Positions 60,822-64,000 of a DNA stretch of 64,000 nucleotides are shown here, in pieces (position 1 is the stretch's first letter; each line of letters starts with the position of its first letter). The DNA is taken from NCBI GenBank assembly GCA_963765895.1, contig CAVXZB010000024.1:201943-265942 (forward strand). Direction: 5' to 3'. The notes under the pieces were generated by a model. The model saw only the letters and a program-made list of their open reading frames with translations. It ran no database searches and was not told the DNA's origin. This stretch comes from an uncultured Nitrososphaeraceae archaeon (GTDB lineage Archaea > Thermoproteota > Nitrososphaeria > Nitrososphaerales > Nitrososphaeraceae). Both the position numbers and the translations under genes were made by a program.

Positions 60822-61590
60822 GGCCTTGTTTCCGCATAAGCAGAGGTGTATAAGAATAATGACGTCATAAGAACGAGTAAGGCGAACGTGATATGTGTCT
60901 CTTTTGTCGAAACTACAGATAAATGTAACATAGTAATGTAATTGATAATAATCTATATAAATATCTATAAAGGCGAACTCTACATTTTTAATGGTTCATA
61001 ATATTACTAAAACCAATCTGAAACTTAGTCTCCTATCAATATTTACTTATCAGATTAAGCGTTTCAATTTAGAAGCCCCTAAAATGATCGATACTTCTTA
61101 TTATATCGTGTCAGTTTAAGGTTTTCTGTGTCACATGTCATTTGCTTTCCTTCTAATTACGCTCTAGTGAAATGTATTATGTTTTGCTTATCATCGGCAA
61201 GGTTTTTGAAAGGAATACTGTCAATAAAATGTAGTATATTTGATTGGTAGTGTGAAACATGAACAGGCGTGCCTCACGATGTTCAGGTTGGTTCCAGATG
61301 GTGTTATTAGAGATTCCCAATGCTGCTGATCGCCGGATTTTGGCCCCGTTGTCCATGTCTTTCACTGGGATTTTACTCTTTGAACAATATATTCACGTGT
61401 TTCGTTTAGCTTACTCTTGCTTTTGTACTTACTCGCTGGTAGCTGTCATCTATTTCTTATTTTATGGTTTACCGGCAAACCCGGGCGAAGATTTCATCCG
61501 AGCATAAGCCGGCAACCAACTAAAGTGTTCTGAAGTATTCTCTTGGCGCTCTATATATAGATCAGTGGTGATATATTCTATTATAGTAAA

Positions 61591-61839
61591 TTGTCTGTTG
61601 TTGACCCGTGGGAACGATCTGTCCATTGCCTCTTCTGCAATAGTTTAGCTACTCTGAAACCGACCAAGACTAGACGTATTATGCTACGATGCAACACCTG
61701 CGGCGCTTTGATGTTCGCCAATGGCTTGCTATCACAGCAGAGAATCCAGAAACTGCGGGATTTTATATTTACACGGCTGTGTAGAAACCATCTCATACAG
61801 TCAAAGCTTTGTAAGAGTATAATACCAATAGTCTATTGA
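61591..61839 (+). CDS. Small Zn-ribbon protein, 3' end replaced by IS insertion
   Basis: CLFC...CNTCG; removing the IS restores ...DFIFTHIPT*. Confidence 0.65.
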   Translation: MSVVDPWERSVHCLFCNSLATLKPTKTRRIMLRCNTCGALMFANGLLSQQRIQKLRDFIFTRLCRNHLIQSKLCKSIIPIVY

Positions 61840-62722
61840 AAGAATCAATGTACGTCAGACTTGCAGGTACTATGTTCCGTGTTTTGAAGCATGCAAGGAT
61901 TCCTCTATTTTCTAACAGGAAAAGTAATCACATATTTACAATATGGCAGCACATAGTTCTAGTTGCTATACGACAGTATGAAGGTAAGAGTTATAGAATG
62001 TTTGTCGAGTGGTTAATTGAAGCCTATTACCTAAGGTCATTTCTACGGTTGTCACGTATTCCTCATTTTACAACATTGCAAAAGTTTACAGATAGAATCA
62101 ATAATTCATTGCTTGAAAAGATAATTTCGTCATTCATTGTAATTAGTGGTACCAAGCATATCTTTGCAGGAATAGATTCAACAGGATTTAAGATAACTCA
62201 TGCATCACAATATTATACTGATCGAACAGAATTGAGAAGAAAATATGCGAAATTATCTATTGGAGTAGATGTATTACAACAAATCATATGTACAATTAAG
62301 ATAAGACGAGCTCCAACAAGGCATGATAATGTAGATTTCAGGCCAATTATAACAAGGACATCAAATATTCTTCCATTATCTGTAGTTACAGCTGATAAGG
62401 GTTACGATAGTGAAGATAATCACCTTCTCGTAAGAGAGGACTTACATGCATTCAGTATTATTCCTGCTCGATATGAACATGTACCGATGTGGAGAACACA
62501 TGGTAAGTACAGAAAGCAGATGAAGCGTGGTTACTCCAAATTGCTGTACAATCAACGAAACAAAGATGAAACCATAATATCAGTCATAAAACGACTATTT
62601 GGAGAGAATCTTATGTCTAGATTGACTAGAATGCAGAACAGAGAGTTATCATTTAGATGTATCACCTACAATATGCATAGACTGACTAATCTTGTAATAT
62701 TGATGATGTTTTCTACATAGCC
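61775..62722 (+). mobile_element. Complete IS5-family element (ISH1-like group), 948 bp
   Basis: 18-bp TIRs ggctgtgtagaaaccatc / ggctatgtagaaaacatc (rc); 8-bp TSD atttacac at 61767-61774 and 62723-62730. Confidence 0.92.
61836..62720 (+). CDS. IS5-family DDE transposase
   Basis: PHFTTLQKF, GIDSTG, ADKGYDSE, YNQRNKDETIISVIKR. Confidence 0.93.
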   Translation: MKESMYVRLAGTMFRVLKHARIPLFSNRKSNHIFTIWQHIVLVAIRQYEGKSYRMFVEWLIEAYYLRSFLRLSRIPHFTTLQKFTDRINNSLLEKIISSFIVISGTKHIFAGIDSTGFKITHASQYYTDRTELRRKYAKLSIGVDVLQQIICTIKIRRAPTRHDNVDFRPIITRTSNILPLSVVTADKGYDSEDNHLLVREDLHAFSIIPARYEHVPMWRTHGKYRKQMKRGYSKLLYNQRNKDETIISVIKRLFGENLMSRLTRMQNRELSFRCITYNMHRLTNLVILMMFST

Positions 62723-62802
62723 ATTTACACATATCCCAACCTAGTATGTTGATTGAATAAATTAACTAATTCCTTGCCTACGTAAGTTCCTGGGAAAATC
62801 TG

Positions 62803-63156
62803 TCATAGAATGACTTCAGCTGCTACATCAAATTTCGTATAATACTTTTTTACCTCCCCTTCGCCATATTTGGATTTGAGTTTCCTCACAATATCGTTAA
62901 CAATACTAGTATTTGTTATTGGTTTACCTCTTGCAGGTGACTCTACGCCATTTATAGAAATCTTCAATGTTGGTTCGACTAGCAGATTCTTGTACCAGTT
63001 GGTTTCAGAGCCCTGAACTGGAAGCAAATACAGAGTGTTACCCTCAGACACAAACCAGACTGGACGAGGAATATCTCTACCGGATTTTCTACCTTTAACG
63101 TTGAGTGTAATTTCATCTACTTTGTTCAGTCTCTGGTGAAGATCGGCGTTGGACAT
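62803..63156 (-). CDS. Deazaflavin (F420)-dependent nitroreductase-like protein
   Basis: GRKSG...PVWFV...TNWYKNL. Confidence 0.78.
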   Translation of the reverse strand: MSNADLHQRLNKVDEITLNVKGRKSGRDIPRPVWFVSEGNTLYLLPVQGSETNWYKNLLVEPTLKISINGVESPARGKPITNTSIVNDIVRKLKSKYGEGEVKKYYTKFDVAAEVIL

Positions 63157-63315
63157 GACAATATTCTATGCTGCACATGTCAGTTATAGGTTTCGCGGAT
63201 CTTGCCGCGTATATATGAATGCTGCTCTGTGCTAGTTAACTACTGCTATTACTGTTGGAAAACCTATGAACTCACCTTGCAGCTTATTAGAGACTTGCTA
63301 GTTATTTCTGCAAGA

Positions 63316-63795
63316 ATGGTGGAACTTGCCTTAGTTGACTATTTTGTTATGGGAGAAGCAGTTGGAATAGTAGCCACGTTTGTTGCGGCATTTTATTATT
63401 CAAGAAAGCAAATGCAAAAGCTCTCAGTGGATATAGAAACGAAGGTTCTAAGTGATTTGGACGATAAAATGAACGACCTTACCAGGATTGCAATTGAAAA
63501 GCCACAGCTAATAAAGATAGTCAGCAACGTTGAGTCTGACATATCAGAAGAAATAGCATTTACATATCATCTATTGCATACATTTGCACATGCATATCAT
63601 TTGCATCAAAGAAAAGTAGTAAGTGATAATGAATGGACTGGATGGCTACGTAGAATGAGAACTTGTTTTGAGCAGGGCAAGATAAAGGAGTACTGGGAAA
63701 GTGGCCTTGAGTTAGAAAAATGGTTTGATCCTGCATTTGAAGATTTTATTGATAAGGAAGTAGTTCAGAAAATAAGTGCAAAGCAGGAAATATAG
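63316..63795 (+). CDS. Hypothetical membrane-anchored protein
   Basis: N-terminal TM from MVELAL, helical body with EWTGWLRRM. Confidence 0.6.
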   Translation: MVELALVDYFVMGEAVGIVATFVAAFYYSRKQMQKLSVDIETKVLSDLDDKMNDLTRIAIEKPQLIKIVSNVESDISEEIAFTYHLLHTFAHAYHLHQRKVVSDNEWTGWLRRMRTCFEQGKIKEYWESGLELEKWFDPAFEDFIDKEVVQKISAKQEI

Positions 63796-64000
63796 TAAGA
63801 CAATCTAATGTAGAATCGCATATCCAAAATATGGCTCATTCACATCAATGTATTAATCAGATTACTTGTTGGTTACTAACAAGCGTAGTGTTCAGTAGTT
63901 TGGACATAACCCCAAACAGTACTTTGCCGGCAATGACCATAGGGATATCAGCGAATAGCTTCCATTTCTGTTTATAACCATGATCGAAGCAAGCGCAGCT

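Larger units (their letters stand above)
59669..60931 (-). pseudogene. Secreted protein with 3x52-aa repeats, Ig-like domain and frameshifted His/Ser-rich tail
   Basis: Signal ending AYA; shifted frames give HHQAVPSSHHHHHHVVSKHD-Sn and THHHPHHVVSKHESNG x2 ...FFHHAFR*. Confidence 0.7.

Overview
AT-rich archaeal DNA, most likely from a soil ammonia-oxidising archaeon (Nitrososphaerales; inferred from TFB, F420-dependent enzymes, an AEP-PriX primase remnant and typical integrases and secreted peptides). It is an accessory region with many frameshifted genes. The main feature is a ~24.3 kb island (8140-32447) bounded by an identical 21-bp direct repeat with 7-6-7 dyad symmetry. It opens with an intact tyrosine recombinase, a split Prim-Pol/D5 helicase and an origin-like inverted repeat. 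Several co-oriented repeated backbone modules follow, alternating with unrelated cargo: five copies of a decayed 'IATIYRY' mini-gene with a TATCTATAGATA palindrome, two copies of a Cys/His mini-domain and two copies of a hairpin plus CxxC micro-ORF. A second, oppositely oriented integrase/primase remnant lies at ~40.6-48.4 kb. Other features are an intact IS5-family element with 8-bp TSD, a degraded IS5, a 28-His secreted peptide near MntR, a second His/Ser-tailed repeat protein, and enriched GGCGCGCC/GCGCGC palindromes, several at gene-fragment junctions. No rRNA, tRNA or CRISPR array was recognised. All family calls come from motif recognition by eye, not database searches.
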